Shown piece after piece: positions 47,001-58,852 of a DNA stretch of 64,000 bases. Position 1 is the first letter of the stretch. Each line of letters begins with the position of its first letter. Position numbers and translations under genes: made by a program. The stretch spans positions 62,001 to 126,000 of the forward strand of contig DF237078.1 of the NCBI GenBank assembly GCA_000708835.1, written 5' to 3'. The notes below the pieces were generated by a model. It was not told the DNA's origin. It did not search any database and saw only the letters and a program-made list of their open reading frames with translations. This DNA comes from Klebsormidium nitens (lineage: Eukaryota; Plantae; Klebsormidiophyceae).

Positions 47001-48563
47001 GCAGGCAAGGCGAGCCTCAAGGAGAAAGACGATACCCCCGCCAAGGCCAAGAGCGCCTTGGCTCCAGCAAAAGGGGCAGAGACTTTGAGCTCAAAAGCAG
47101 AGGTGAAGGCGAAAGCACCGGCGGAGGCTAAGCCCAGGGCGGCGGACGCCAAGCCCAAGGTGGCAGCTGAGGCGAAGCCAAAGGCGGCAGCGCCGCCTGC
47201 ACAGGAGGCGGTGGTTAAGAGCAGCAAGGCTGCGGCTGTGGAGCCGGTGAGGGCGCCCCCGGTAGATAAGGAGGCCGCGGCGGCGGCAGAAGCGGCGGCC
47301 AAGGAGAAGCGGCGGGAGGAAGAGGTGAGGAAGGCGAAGGAAGCGGAGGAGCGGAAGAGGAAGGCGGCAGAGAAGAAGGCGGCCAAGGCGGAGCAGCGCC
47401 GCAAGAGGGAGGCGGAGGAGGCCACCAAGAAGAAGGACAAGGTGGGGCGCTTTGATGGCCAAGTTCTATCAACTTTGAAAAGCGAATTCGCAACTTATTT
47501 TACACATTTTAGTATGAATCATGGATGGGAGTCTGTTGACCGCAGGAGATCAGGGAAGCTTTCCGTGCTGACCCTATGTATCTTGGGATATTGGTTGCAC
47601 TTCAGGTTTGTGACTGCCTTTGAAGCTGCACGAATTATGCATTGGCAGATTGTATGTTGCAAGTGTCCGTGCTTTTTCGTGACCTTGGGTAGTGGGGCGC
47701 ATGATCATTGAGGTGTTTGAAAGGCAGGCATTCTGCTGTTCCATCTTTGGCGCACAGTAAGAGCTGACATGAGAGAAAAGAGCACCGTTTCGTTTGTTGG
47801 ATACATGGGTTGCAGCTCCGCAAGCACAGCACAGCCTGCAGTCTCCAGGAAAACCATGCATGCACAGGGAAACGGTGTTAGCAACCTTACAACGGGACTG
47901 TCAAGCTTTGGAATTCTGGTCTATTGGGCTCGATCTTAGTGCACTCCCATGGCGTCATCCTAAACCTCCACTCTTGTCCTGTGCAGAAGAAGCAGACAGC
48001 AACCCCGCCCTCCGAGGCTGCCGACAGCGACGCGATCGCGGCCGCAGTCCCCGAGCCGGACTCGGCTGCCCCCTCCACTGGCGCCCTCGATGCAAAGCCG
48101 ACCGCAGCGGTTGAGGAGGGTGCCCGTCGCAGGAAGCAGCCCGCAGTGGAGAAGAAGAAGCTGAAGAAGGTCCTAGGCAGGAACAAGAAGTTCAGCCTGC
48201 AGTCGTGGCTGGAGGCCAACGTCACAACTGTTGCGATCGTGGCGCTCATAGTCTCGGTGCTCATTGCTGCGGTGAGTAGCGTGCGCAATCCTTTTGCTTT
48301 TGAGAGAGTCTGGCTTGATTCTCCTTTTAAGAAGTAGGCACTCTGCAAATTTTCCATTATAATGGATGCGAGAAATGTCTGCCTCAACTTATGTACCCGG
48401 AACATTTGTAAAGCACAGAACGATTCAGCAAGATGTCCATTGTTCCAGCCACCCGTTGTCCGTGTCCTCAATCTAGTGCCGACTTCAAGATCGTCACACT
48501 CTTATGCTTTGCTTGCAGTACTTCTATGTGAAGAGCACGGGCGGTACTTCGAGTAAGGTCTAG
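44054..48563 (+). CDS. PPI1-like: Proton pump-interactor 1 / BFR1-like coiled-coil protein with C-terminal tail anchor, 8 exons
   Basis: Motifs RTFCLVRIPRP, QHESQSLTEEKRILREIRQLESSRE, DYYQNRR and VEGIMARFSTDAAYRATY..RRFGSLD, then a K/E/A-rich coiled coil. The spliced end reads VTTVAIVALIVSVLIAA|YFYVKSTGGTSSKV* (stop 48561-48563). The intron starting at 46440 uses a GC donor. Confidence 0.8.
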
Positions 48564-48699
48564 ACGAGAGGTCAATAGTACTTACAGAGCGATTTTGCTC
48601 GAAGAACCGCATCTTTTTGCGGTAAATGGTGTTAGATGCAAGCATGACAAACAGAAAACGAGAGTCGTCACTCGATTTGCGGGTCGAAAGGGTACGGAT

Positions 48700-49720
48700 A
48701 CTTACATGGTGGAAGTTTTGTAGCTTTGCGCAGTGGTACAGGACGTATACCTGATGTTACGGGATGGGAAGCAGTCTAACAGAGGAGATTGGCTGTTCAC
48801 CCCTCCTTGGTATCTTCGTTAAGCTCGGCGTCAGACCGGAGGACAGCTTCACAAAGATAGTGGAGGAGAGACAAAACAAGATGAGCGACTTGAACAAGCA
48901 GCGGTTAGCTTATCGCTTGCACTTGACTTGACATTGGACAGATGCGAGGTTGGTTATGAGTAGATGATTACCTACACATAAAACTGCCAGCTTGTCCTTT
49001 CTATGCAGCGAGCGATCTTTATACGGAGTATCCAACCATGCAGTTTACTCGTTGAGTGTTGCACGGTGGTCTGAGGCCGGCGGCCACGCATATACAGCTA
49101 GATTTTGAACCGCCATGTGCATGCCGTGAAATTTTGCATGGATACACGAACATGCAAATAGTGACTCGACTCACAGCGCGGCCTTATGGTAATGATAACT
49201 TATAGAACGAGACATGATGGTACGTGCACACATGATTCATGCACAACAATCGATCTTGCATACGGTGCATGCATGATATCAATATATTAAGTCGGATCGG
49301 ATCGATAATTCGCCGGAGCTAGTCGATCCGAATTGAGCTTTTAGTGTATACGCCGACCGGCGGGCCCGGCGCTGCCGGAGTACTACTAGAACACGTGCAG
49401 CTAGCCATGCTATAGCTAGCAGGTGCGGGCGCTTCCCGTGCAAATATGCAAAATTGCACGGCATTTTGGTATGAAACTTTTCAAAATAAGTTGCAATGCG
49501 AGTAACGGCTGCCCTGCGCGTGCACAGCACTGCATATCGGCAATCCTCCACCATGCTGACTTTACTTGATCGCCAAACCAGTCGCCGAGCTAGTCGCATC
49601 AGTGTGCACTCGGATTGATGAAGCCTGCCGCACACTGATTAATTACTCAACTAAAAGTGGTGATCTTTTGTCGGATCGCCTGCATTAGCCAGATTGAATC
49701 ATGTGCCAATTGCAAATTTA
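48700..49720. other. Palindrome-rich intergenic tract between convergent genes
   Basis: Many CATG/CATGCA words, GTGCATGCATG, GGATCGGATCGAT, GCTATAGCTAGC, CACGTG, AGTACT. Non-coding. Confidence 0.6.
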
Positions 49721-49856
49721 CACTCCACATTTTGAGGCCAGCTGCTGCGTCACTCATTACTGCATCTGGACTGTTCCTTTGTACAGCAGTGCCTCCATTG
49801 CGTCGTGTCACAAAAGGTGGCCGGATCTCTTTCTAAGAATCAGAGCATGCCCGCGA

Positions 49857-52800
49857 TTACGATAGGCCAACGACGTCCCCAGTCTCAAGGTCAAGGTCGA
49901 TGTCGTAGAAACACGGGCGAGTAGGTAAGCCGGGCATAGTGCTCATCGCGCCCACCAAGGGATAGATGAAGCCCGCACCCACGCTGGCCCGGACGTCGCG
50001 GATTGGAAGAGTGAAGCCTGCAAACAAGGTCTAAAGTGAGGCTGTGTGCTTACAATAAGAGTCCCTGATGAGCTACGAAAGGAGAACCCTTACAGGGACA
50101 AGCAACTGACCAGCATATCAACAAAAGGCTTCGGACAACGATCGAATCCAGTCCTGGTATCATCATGTAACAGCAACAGGGAATGCGACGTTGAAAAGAA
50201 ACCCATACAAAAAAGGCTTTCTTTGCAGATTTCAGGCTCCCTTTGCCCCAACTACAAGCCGCAGAAAGCTGGAGCCACAGACCGTTTCGACCGCCAACGA
50301 GAACTTCAACGCAGTGGCATCGGCCTTCACTTTCAAATTCACCATGTCGGGGGGGAGAGCCACGCACCTGAGGGGGCCCCTTTCAGCGTGGGGTTGTCGG
50401 AGAAGGAGTACTGCGTTTTGGCCATGCAGATGGGCAGCTTGCTAAACCCTTGCTTGGTGTACTTTTCGATCGCGGCCTCCGCCTCGGACGAGTACGACAC
50501 CCCCCCGGCGCCGTACATCTCGCGAGCAATGGTTTCGATCTTCTCTTTGATGCCGGCTTCGAGGGGGTACAGGAATTTGAAGTCCTCCTTGAGGGACTTG
50601 CACGCCTTCTCCACGGCCTTTCCGAGCTCGACCTGGGGGGGCACAAACGGCGAGGGATAAGAGACTGACCTCCATCGTGACTGGTGGAGACAACGTGATA
50701 GGGTGTGGTGAATAGAGAGTATAATTCTGAAGAGGTTTGTGCGAAATGGCTCACGAAATGACAGAGCGAGCGACTGCACAGTTTGATCGAAGTGCACACG
50801 GCAAAGTAGCAAGAATGAGGAAGGACTCGCAGATATGATCAGGCTTCGTAAAGGTGATAGCCACTCCCCTTGAAACGTGCGATGGCAACAGAGAGGACGG
50901 AAGAGGAAGGCTCACCGCTCCCGCCCCTCCTTGCGCATGGTGTGTCGACTCAACGGCGTCGAACGCCCCTGCGGCCAAGGCGGCCTTTTTCACCATCTCA
51001 ATCTCGGCGTCCGTGTCCGTGGCAAACCTGCAGAACGGTCGCCCCTTGCGTAAGCGTTGGAATGACTTCATTTATTTGGGCTTGCCAAGCCGAGACGAAT
51101 AAAGGCGCGAAAGGACGCCAATCTACTAGCAAGCTCCTAACGGATCGAAACGTATGAGACATTTAGGCACCACCTGGTGTTTCGATACGTACGAAGCATT
51201 CCGGCCAACGCGGATTAAATGCTCAGAGGTGCAGTTCGAAGCGCCCAGCTAGATTGAGGTCATATCATCATGACCGTCATATGTGACTTCATCACAGCGG
51301 CAAAGACGCCTTTTATGGCAGCTTGCCAGCCAATCAAGCGCCACGCCGCCCGAACCGCAAGGAAGTAGACCCCTTCGAAAACCCCTTCGAACACTGTTTC
51401 TTCTATGCTTCATCTTTGGCACCCGGCTCCTCCCCGGTTTCGTCTAGTGGATATCGGAAGAACTCAAAGTTCAACTCGTCCCCCCAAACCCACTCACCCG
51501 CACGCATCTCCAAGCCTCCTCTTCGTGTCAATGTATGCTCCAAACTGCTCCAAACCAATTTTTCTGTCCCAGGCAACCGTGCAGAGACTTGGACAACTCT
51601 CGTTTCGCCCTGCCCAGGAAGGAAAGCGCCCCTCACCTGTTGATCGCAACCACCGCGGCCACGCCGTACTTGCGCACGTTCGAGATGTGACGGGCCAAGT
51701 TGACCGTCCCCTTTTCGAGCAGCTCCAAGTTCTCGCTCGCGTACGCAAAGTCGATCGGCTTGCCCGCCACCACCGGGGGACCCCCCCCGTGCATCTTGAG
51801 CGCGCGCACGGTCGCCACGACCACGCAGCAGTGCGGCCGCAGCCCACTGTAGCGGCACTTGATGTTCAAGAACTGCGGAACAGGGCGGGCTTGCGAAATT
51901 CAGCAACTCGCGCCTTGGCAATTTCTCGCTTACAGAGGTTGCAAATAAGGACACTTGGACCAGTCTCAGACGCTCTACCTTTCCTGCCCTGATCCCGTTC
52001 CGAAGCCTGCTCCGGGACCACAGTTTGGACTCAAGAACTAAAACGATAGAGGCACCGGAAACCGTCCCAAGAACAAAGTGGAGAGCAAAGCCTCACTGGC
52101 AGTACCAAAGTCAGGATCTCTTGCATGATTAGTGTACCTACCCTGCAGCAAAGTTCGTCCTAAAGCTCGCCTCCACAACCACTTGAACATCTAAAGAATT
52201 CGGAGGGATTAGAAAGAGCTCCATGTGCAGCACACGGATCCGAATGCGTCTCGATTGCGCCGTGACATCATACCTTTTCCGCGCCGATGTCCGCCCCGAA
52301 GCCCGCTTCCGTGACCACAAACCCGTCGGCGCCCACGAGCTTGAGCGCGAGCTGGTCCGCAACGATGCTCGAGTTGCCGTGCGCAATGTTGGCGAACGGG
52401 CCCGCATGCACCAGCACGGGCGTGCCCTCCAGCGTCTGTTTCAGGCAAACACGAGGTTTGGGGCGGGGCACGATGTAGGAATACGAAATTAAACAACGTT
52501 GCACCAAAGTAAAGCAGCAACGGTGTGCCGTTCCCGTTTTCTGGGGCAGGCGGGCGTTACGCAGGAGCGGAGAAGATGTTAACATGGCATCAGATAACTT
52601 TCGTGCAACACGGTCTTGATCCCGTTGTCTGATTTGGGAACGAAAGCCGAAGTGGGCCGGCGCAAAGAACGTTGTCTGACTGACCAACGTGAAAATGTAA
52701 ACTCAAACTTGAATGTAGCGATGCTGCAACGAGCAGCGAGCGGAATCGCAATCGTTTGAAGAGTCGAGGAGGAAGTGCCGATCAGAACCGTTTAAGGGTT

Positions 52801-55800
52801 CAGAGCACATCCCGGCTGGCTGCTGCAAAACCTGTACAACATTTTCCTCGCCAGACGCCAAGTTACTGTCGCTCTTCACCAACGCCCATGCACTCAGTCT
52901 TGAGTTTAAGCAACCTCGCACCATTCAGGGAGACGAAGCATCCACTTCGCAAACCACACCGTTTTCCGCCCCTCCTCACCTGCATAAGCGTCGGGTGGAT
53001 CGCGTCCTTCATGAGCACCGTGAGCGCCCCCCCCACTCCTAGGTCGTCGGCAGTCACGGGGTCCCCCCCCCTGCTGGTGCCGACCACCATATTCCCCAGC
53101 CGCTCGCGCATGTCCTCCATGCCCGTCGTCAGCGCGAGCACCGCCATGATCTCGCTCGCGACGCTGATGTCATACCCCGTCTGCCGCGACTGGCCCTTCT
53201 CGTCGGGGCCCTGCGCAGAGTGGGGGCTGGGGCTAGTGAGCAAGACGTTGCCACCTTTATCCGACAATTGCTACGACCCCAGAAACCCTGAGCTGTGGGA
53301 AGCATGAAGTCTGCCGTCTGCCGCCTGGCCCTTCTTTGGCGAGGCTTGGGAAGGAAGGCAACGACTCGATAGGGTTCCGGAGGGTGAATCCTGGAGGGCC
53401 CTCTGATTGACTGAGCTGCGGGCACATGGAACGTCAGGACGCCCGGGGCCGAGTGCTGGTGGCAGCAACTGGATGAGCCCCAAAAAAGGCAAGCTAGCGA
53501 CATAAATCTTCCCAGTGACGAGAAATGGTTGCCGTTTCACGTCGAGAGTGGTTTTTCAGCCCTCGGTGGATGCATCAAGAGGGGTCCTGCATGTTTTGCA
53601 CTTTCAAGATCTGACAAGCTCAAGTCAGCAGTCGCATAACTTTGATACACCCTAGACACCCGTCCGGTTTTCTAAAAAGAGCCACTGCGCAAGACGTAAG
53701 TGGTTACGGCCAGTCACCTGCCCCACGGTGATGACCCGCAGGAAGCGGTCGTTGACGTCCACAACACGGCGCCACGTCAGCTGCTCGGGGTCCAGGTCGA
53801 GGCGCGCAAACTTGGTGACCTCCTCATCCGTCAGGCTGTCGGGGTCCAGCTTGTCGATCCCCAGCTTGGCCAGCCGCTTCAACATCACCTGAGAATCATC
53901 AAAAGAGACGCTTTGAGTCACCAAGAGTTGCAGGATGGTCGTCGATTGTGCCTAATTGAAGGATGATAAGCCAGGGATGCGGAACGAACATCGTATCACT
54001 TTTGCAAGATGGCTCACAGCGATGGGGGTACATGCGGACAGAGTGACAGAGATTAACCTACCAAGAGAAAAGGGCCTGACAAGATGTTTCGACTTCGAAT
54101 CATAGTCATCCCCGCTGTGACCAAAACTGAAGGAGCCGCGCCGGCAGCACTATTTGGCACGTCAGCAATGCAAGCCCTGTGGGCCAACAGCCAACGCTTG
54201 AGGCAACAATGACAATACGTGCGTTGCTTATTAGGCTCAGGCATGAGATGTTCATCGTTGATGCCCACATCAACACGTCTTGCTGGAAACCTTGGTACCC
54301 TTCTTTCGAACTTCACAGCTGTAGGCCGTTCACTTGTCAGCAACAACCGGCTCCGGTGTGCTGGAGAAGGACAAGTTGAGGATAACTGTGCTCAGAGTGG
54401 CCGTGGACAGGTTTGCGCTTTCCAAATCTAACCCGCAAAAGAAGGCTTCTCCATAAATTACCCTCTAGCCATCCGACCATCGACCCGGCAAAGAGGCCAA
54501 CAACAGTGCTGGATCCTCACCCTCGCGAAGCTGCGCTTGCCCTCCTTGTTTGGGGGGCACAGGCGGTTAAACAACGCCTTGTCCGACTGCGTCGCTTCAT
54601 GGAACATACGCGCGTCAATCGCCGCTGCCAGCAGGTTATTGGCCGCTGTGATTGCGTGGATGTCCCCGGTCAAGTGCAGGTTAAACTCGTCCATGGGGAT
54701 AACCTGGCTGTAACCGCCCCCCGCGGCCCCGCCCTTGATGCCGAAGGTCGGGCCCTGGCTGGGCTGACGGAGACACGTGAAGACCTGTAAGGAGAGGAAG
54801 CGTGCTTTGAAAAAAGGGGTTTTTGGGTTTTTGACTTTCACCTGATAGATTGCTGTCAGCCAGAAGAACAAGTGAGGCAAAGAAGAGAATGTGTGGCTCT
54901 GTTTCGCTTTGGCACCTGCAGCTTGTCCGTAAGTCACAGATATGTCAAGATCGAGAAACTGACCGGTCCTAGGGCTAGCTTGGGGACACATAATTACTAG
55001 TTGTAGCCTTGGGCACTTCAAGGAGCATGGGTGCTTCTGAAAACACCTTCAGCCAAAAAGCCAGCTGAGCCAGAGTCCTGTTACTTTTCTTCTACCTTTA
55101 GGGCACTGCGCCCTTCAGGAGGTGACAGGACCTCCACATTGTTAAAATCCAGACAGTCCATTCACAGCCCCAGCTGATCCTGCCACTTGATGCACTGGAC
55201 AACAATCCAATTGCACCATTCTGCTCCTACCAGATGCTTCTTCCGTCAATTGTCACATTCAGGGGCATTGAGCTGGCCAGAATCGTTTCCTACTTATTCG
55301 CTCCTCAGCTGCACTTTGCCTAAAGTCCTTCGAAACGGGGGGATCCTTTGCCCCTCACCTTCTTCCCCAGATGTGCTCCCAACGCCTGGCACAGCCCCAC
55401 TGTTGTGGTCGACTTGCCCTCGCCTAGTGGAGTTGGGGTGATTCCCCCCACTACAACATAGAAGCCATCTGGCTTGCCCTTCAGCTTCTCCCGCACATTG
55501 ATGAGCACCTGTGCAGCAATGGAAGGCATTCTCTGTATCTACGTTACATATGGACTCTGTCGATCGTGCGAAATCGTGTTCCTAACACATTGCTTGGATA
55601 ACGACATGATGTGTGTGCGCTTTGAGGATGGGCGGAACTTCGAGAGTGGATAGATTGGTCACACCAGCAGCTTGTATTGAGCTTCCGGTGAAGTCAAGAT
55701 AGGGCCAGCCTGCCAAAGCTCAACTCCTCGGATCCTGTTTCACATGGAAGGTTGCAACTGCCTGAAAGGCTAATGCGATTCATGCGGTGTCTGTCAAAAC

Positions 55801-56574
55801 TAGGAATGAGCATGAGAAAGGTCAAACCAGAGTATAAAGAACTTAACAAAGGAATGCAATCTGTGCAAGAACCAAAGGAATCTGGCTGTTGCTCCTCAAA
55901 GCAGCTGAGCTTGTTTTTTACCACCATAACAGCAGGGATATCCGCTCACAGGCGTTTCTGGATGTACAAACGCTTTTACGGCGTTCTTGAGCACTTTGCA
56001 ACTCAAAGACACAGATTGATACGAGAATAGCCTTCTGGCGTCAAGCTTGCTTAAAGTCTTCCAGACTCTGTTCACTGCAACGTGTTGTATCACCAACGTG
56101 GCGTACTCTAAAGACCATCTGGAATCATACCATTCAATCTGCAAGGGTCTGATGCTGAGCAGAAAGGCACCCTTGGGGGAAAAGTCGGAAACGAGCACCT
56201 AATCAAGGATCAAAGCTGGCCGGAAAACACAATGGAGCTCCACTAATTTGTCCATCTGTATCATCCAGATTATGAGATTACAAGAGCGCTCAACAACTGC
56301 CGCAAGCTCCACGTCTCAACCAAAGCAACAATGTGCCATTCATATGATGCTCGCATGCAACATAATTTAAACCCTAATCTGCCTTCCTCACCTTGGCCTT
56401 CTTCTTCCCATACAGGTCGTAGTCCTCTGGCTCAAGACCCACCGCTTTTGCCACCTCCTCAATGTTCAGCGGCTTCACGGACTGCGCAATCACATAGTCC
56501 GGAGGGACGGGCGTCGCAATGTTTTCCAACTTCCGAGCTGTTGAGGCGCCAACGTCAGCAGCTGCAGTCGCCAT
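49857..56574 (-). CDS. FTHFS: Formate--tetrahydrofolate ligase (10-formyl-THF synthetase), multi-exon
   Basis: Motifs [166 protein letters not shown] and [24 protein letters not shown]. Stop TAA at 49857-49859. Confidence 0.97.
56369..56380 (-). promoter_or_regulatory. Telo-box (AAACCCTAATCT) in the first intron of FTHFS
   Basis: Exact AAACCCTAA about 20 nt inside intron 1. It shares the AACCCTAATCT 11-mer with the CCDC13 intron-1 copies. Confidence 0.45.
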
Positions 56575-56978
56575 CCTGCGCAGCTGGTTGAAGAGTGGGC
56601 GGAGAATGGTGGGCGCTGATTTGATCTAGGCCAGTTTTCCAATGGGGTTTTGCCTGCAGCCTTTTGTTGACAAGCGCAATACTGCTGGCAATAGAGTGTG
56701 TCAATGGTATGGGGGCTTGCGCACCTATCAAACACAGCCTGAGTCAGCTCATTATATATACAAGGCGCTCTGCTCGGTGCTCATGAGATGCGCTCTGCAC
56801 GAGTGGATTCTCAACTGTTTTCAAGTTTTCTTCTCCAGACTCCAGACTCCAGAGTCCAATGCCACTATGGCATGTGCATCATGCAGGGAGAAATTCCAAT
56901 TATTGCTAGAATTTACTACATGGCCGGGCATGCTTGCCACCAACTTTCACCGGTGCCGGCTGTCTACCGGCCCACCTA

Positions 56979-57730
56979 CCGTAGCGGAACCCAAACCGGA
57001 CCGGCCCCCCAAAGTGGTCCGATGGTTTCCAAAAGTGGACCCCGCTGGCAAATCAAAGTTGGAGTACGACGCCGAGACCAAGCCGCTACTTGATCGTGGA
57101 CTGAATGCTTACGCTGCAGCTCAAATCCACGCTGGTTAGCGAACCCCTTTCCAGCAACCCTTAATCGAAGAAAACTAAGTTAGGATAGGCTGTTAAGGGT
57201 TAACCTGGCACAGCTGGACGTCCAGCAGGACTCTCAACCACGATATATTGCTTAATTCCCCACAGCATTTATCCAGATTATACATTCACAGAAACCCAAG
57301 GAAAACCTCACTTTTGGCCGAGAAAATGCCAGGGTTATGCACTGTCAATGCAACCTTTGCCAGACAACCCCAATTGTTAAGCCCATGTGCTGATTTAACC
57401 CTTTCATTGACCAGTGCCAAAGTTGCCCCGGGTGTACCCGGTAGACGGCGCTTTTGTTATCTTGACCAGTCTGCAATGTAGGCGGGTCCACTTTAGGGCC
57501 CCTACCAAAATGTAAAACTTGATCCGGTGGGTCAGGCACCCAACCTGGTTTTGCTAACCATACACTTTTTCGCATCCAACCAACTTTTAAACCACTCAAA
57601 TCGGCACGTAGGCCACACTTTTCTCTCTCATATGCAAAAAACAGAACGGAAAACGGCCAATTTTGGACCATTTTAGCGCCTGCACCAAATGTGCAAAATA
57701 CTGAGGGGTCCGGTTTCGGGTCCGCTACGG
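56979..57730. mobile_element. Tc1/mariner-type MITE (752 bp, TA TSD)
   Basis: 24-bp TIR CCGTAGCGGAACCCAAACCGGACC versus 57707-57730 (22/24). It is flanked by TA at 56977-56978 and 57731-57732. A sub-terminal AAAGTGGACCC motif recurs inverted at about 57485-57495. No transposase ORF. Confidence 0.85.
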
Positions 57731-57799
57731 TACACTTCTACCGGCTGGCCACAGTGCACACAGGCTGAAGCACCGGACGCCATCCCGATCGATGTAGGT

Positions 57800-57949
57800 A
57801 GTGAACAGTAACAGCCAGTGAACAGTAACGGAGACGGGTAGGGTTGGTTAGGGGGTTAGGGTGGTTACGGGTGCGGAGCGGGTGTTTCCTTAGGTTAGGG
57901 TTTTTAGTAACCCCAAAATGCTTACTGTTCACTGGGCTTGCTGTTCACT
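57800..57949. mobile_element. MITE-like element sharing its core with the 5821-6019 element
   Basis: Two tandem AGTGAACAGTAAC units on the left (57800, 57817) and two inverted units on the right (57922, 57938). The core 57833-57907 aligns with 5878-5951. Exact ends and TSD are unresolved. Confidence 0.75.
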
Positions 57950-58852
57950 GGATCGAGAAATACCCGCACGCCGGTTTTGCCTAGGCGCCCAGCATTTTCT
58001 GCCGGCTGTCCAGCCGGTGGGGTGCCTTATGCACCGGTGCATCCATCATTTCTGCCGGCCAGGTCCAGCTTCAACACCGGTTCGTGGCAAGCACTGATTT
58101 AATTTTAATTTCTGATTCTGGTTCGCGTAGACCCTTCATATAATACATATGCCAAGAGACATGCTCTGCATGGGGCATGGGCTATTAAGTATACGTATAC
58201 CTTTTCATTTCGCTTTGTCACTTCTGGAAACAGTGGAAGTTGTCTGCAGTGCAGCCAGAAGGGGTGCAAGTACGTGAAGAACGTGGGTGCACAATTGAGG
58301 CTCACGGGAGGCGCTTAGTATTCAGTGTGCCGCCACAGTCATTGAGATTCACTAGAATCAATGCTAAAGCAGGCCGACGGTGCCTACCGGTAGATCTAAT
58401 GCTTCCGGGTTGCATGTTACATCAATCAGGTAAAAATCTTGAAATGCACCTTTGAGTACTCTTGCAGATGACGACGTGCAAACATCATCATGTCGCTTCC
58501 AAATTTTGCACGGAACCCCAGATCGAGGATTTATCAGAAGGTGTGTATGTTGAATAAAGAATGTTGGTATGTCCTTAATGCTAGACTGCAATCAATACCT
58601 AGTGTGTTCTACTACAAATAGTATTGACAAACATCACATGAACAACGCTGGGGGGCCTGAGTACCGTCCGAGCAAGTGCCTCAGGCCATCAACGCCGATC
58701 TTGATCTTTACAGTTTTCTCTGAATAACTTATTAATCCGCTGTGCTTCCAAGTCCGTAAAGGCCACTACGTGCAACCTCAAATGCAGTCCACTGTTCCAA
58801 AAGCCCCCTGTTAACACCGCCTGCTTGCCCATCCTTGCCCACCCTGTCATTC

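Larger units (their letters stand above)
56931..58093. mobile_element. Older CCGG-rich TIR element (possibly hAT-type) acting as host for two nested MITEs
   Basis: TGCTTGCCAC at 56931-56940 and its exact reverse complement at 58084-58093, each followed inward by CCGGTG after a gap. The CCGG-rich sequence resumes after each insertion. No TSD was found. Confidence 0.5.

Noticed and set aside
46877-47493. Long Ala/Ser/Leu-rich minus-strand ORFs
   Set aside because: They are antisense shadows of the K/E/A-rich PPI1-like exon.
57841-57907. Interstitial telomere or chromosome-healing site
   Set aside because: The TTAGGG-like words are degenerate, interspersed and enclosed by inverted repeats, and a homologous core exists at 5878-5951. 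A transposon interior explains it better.
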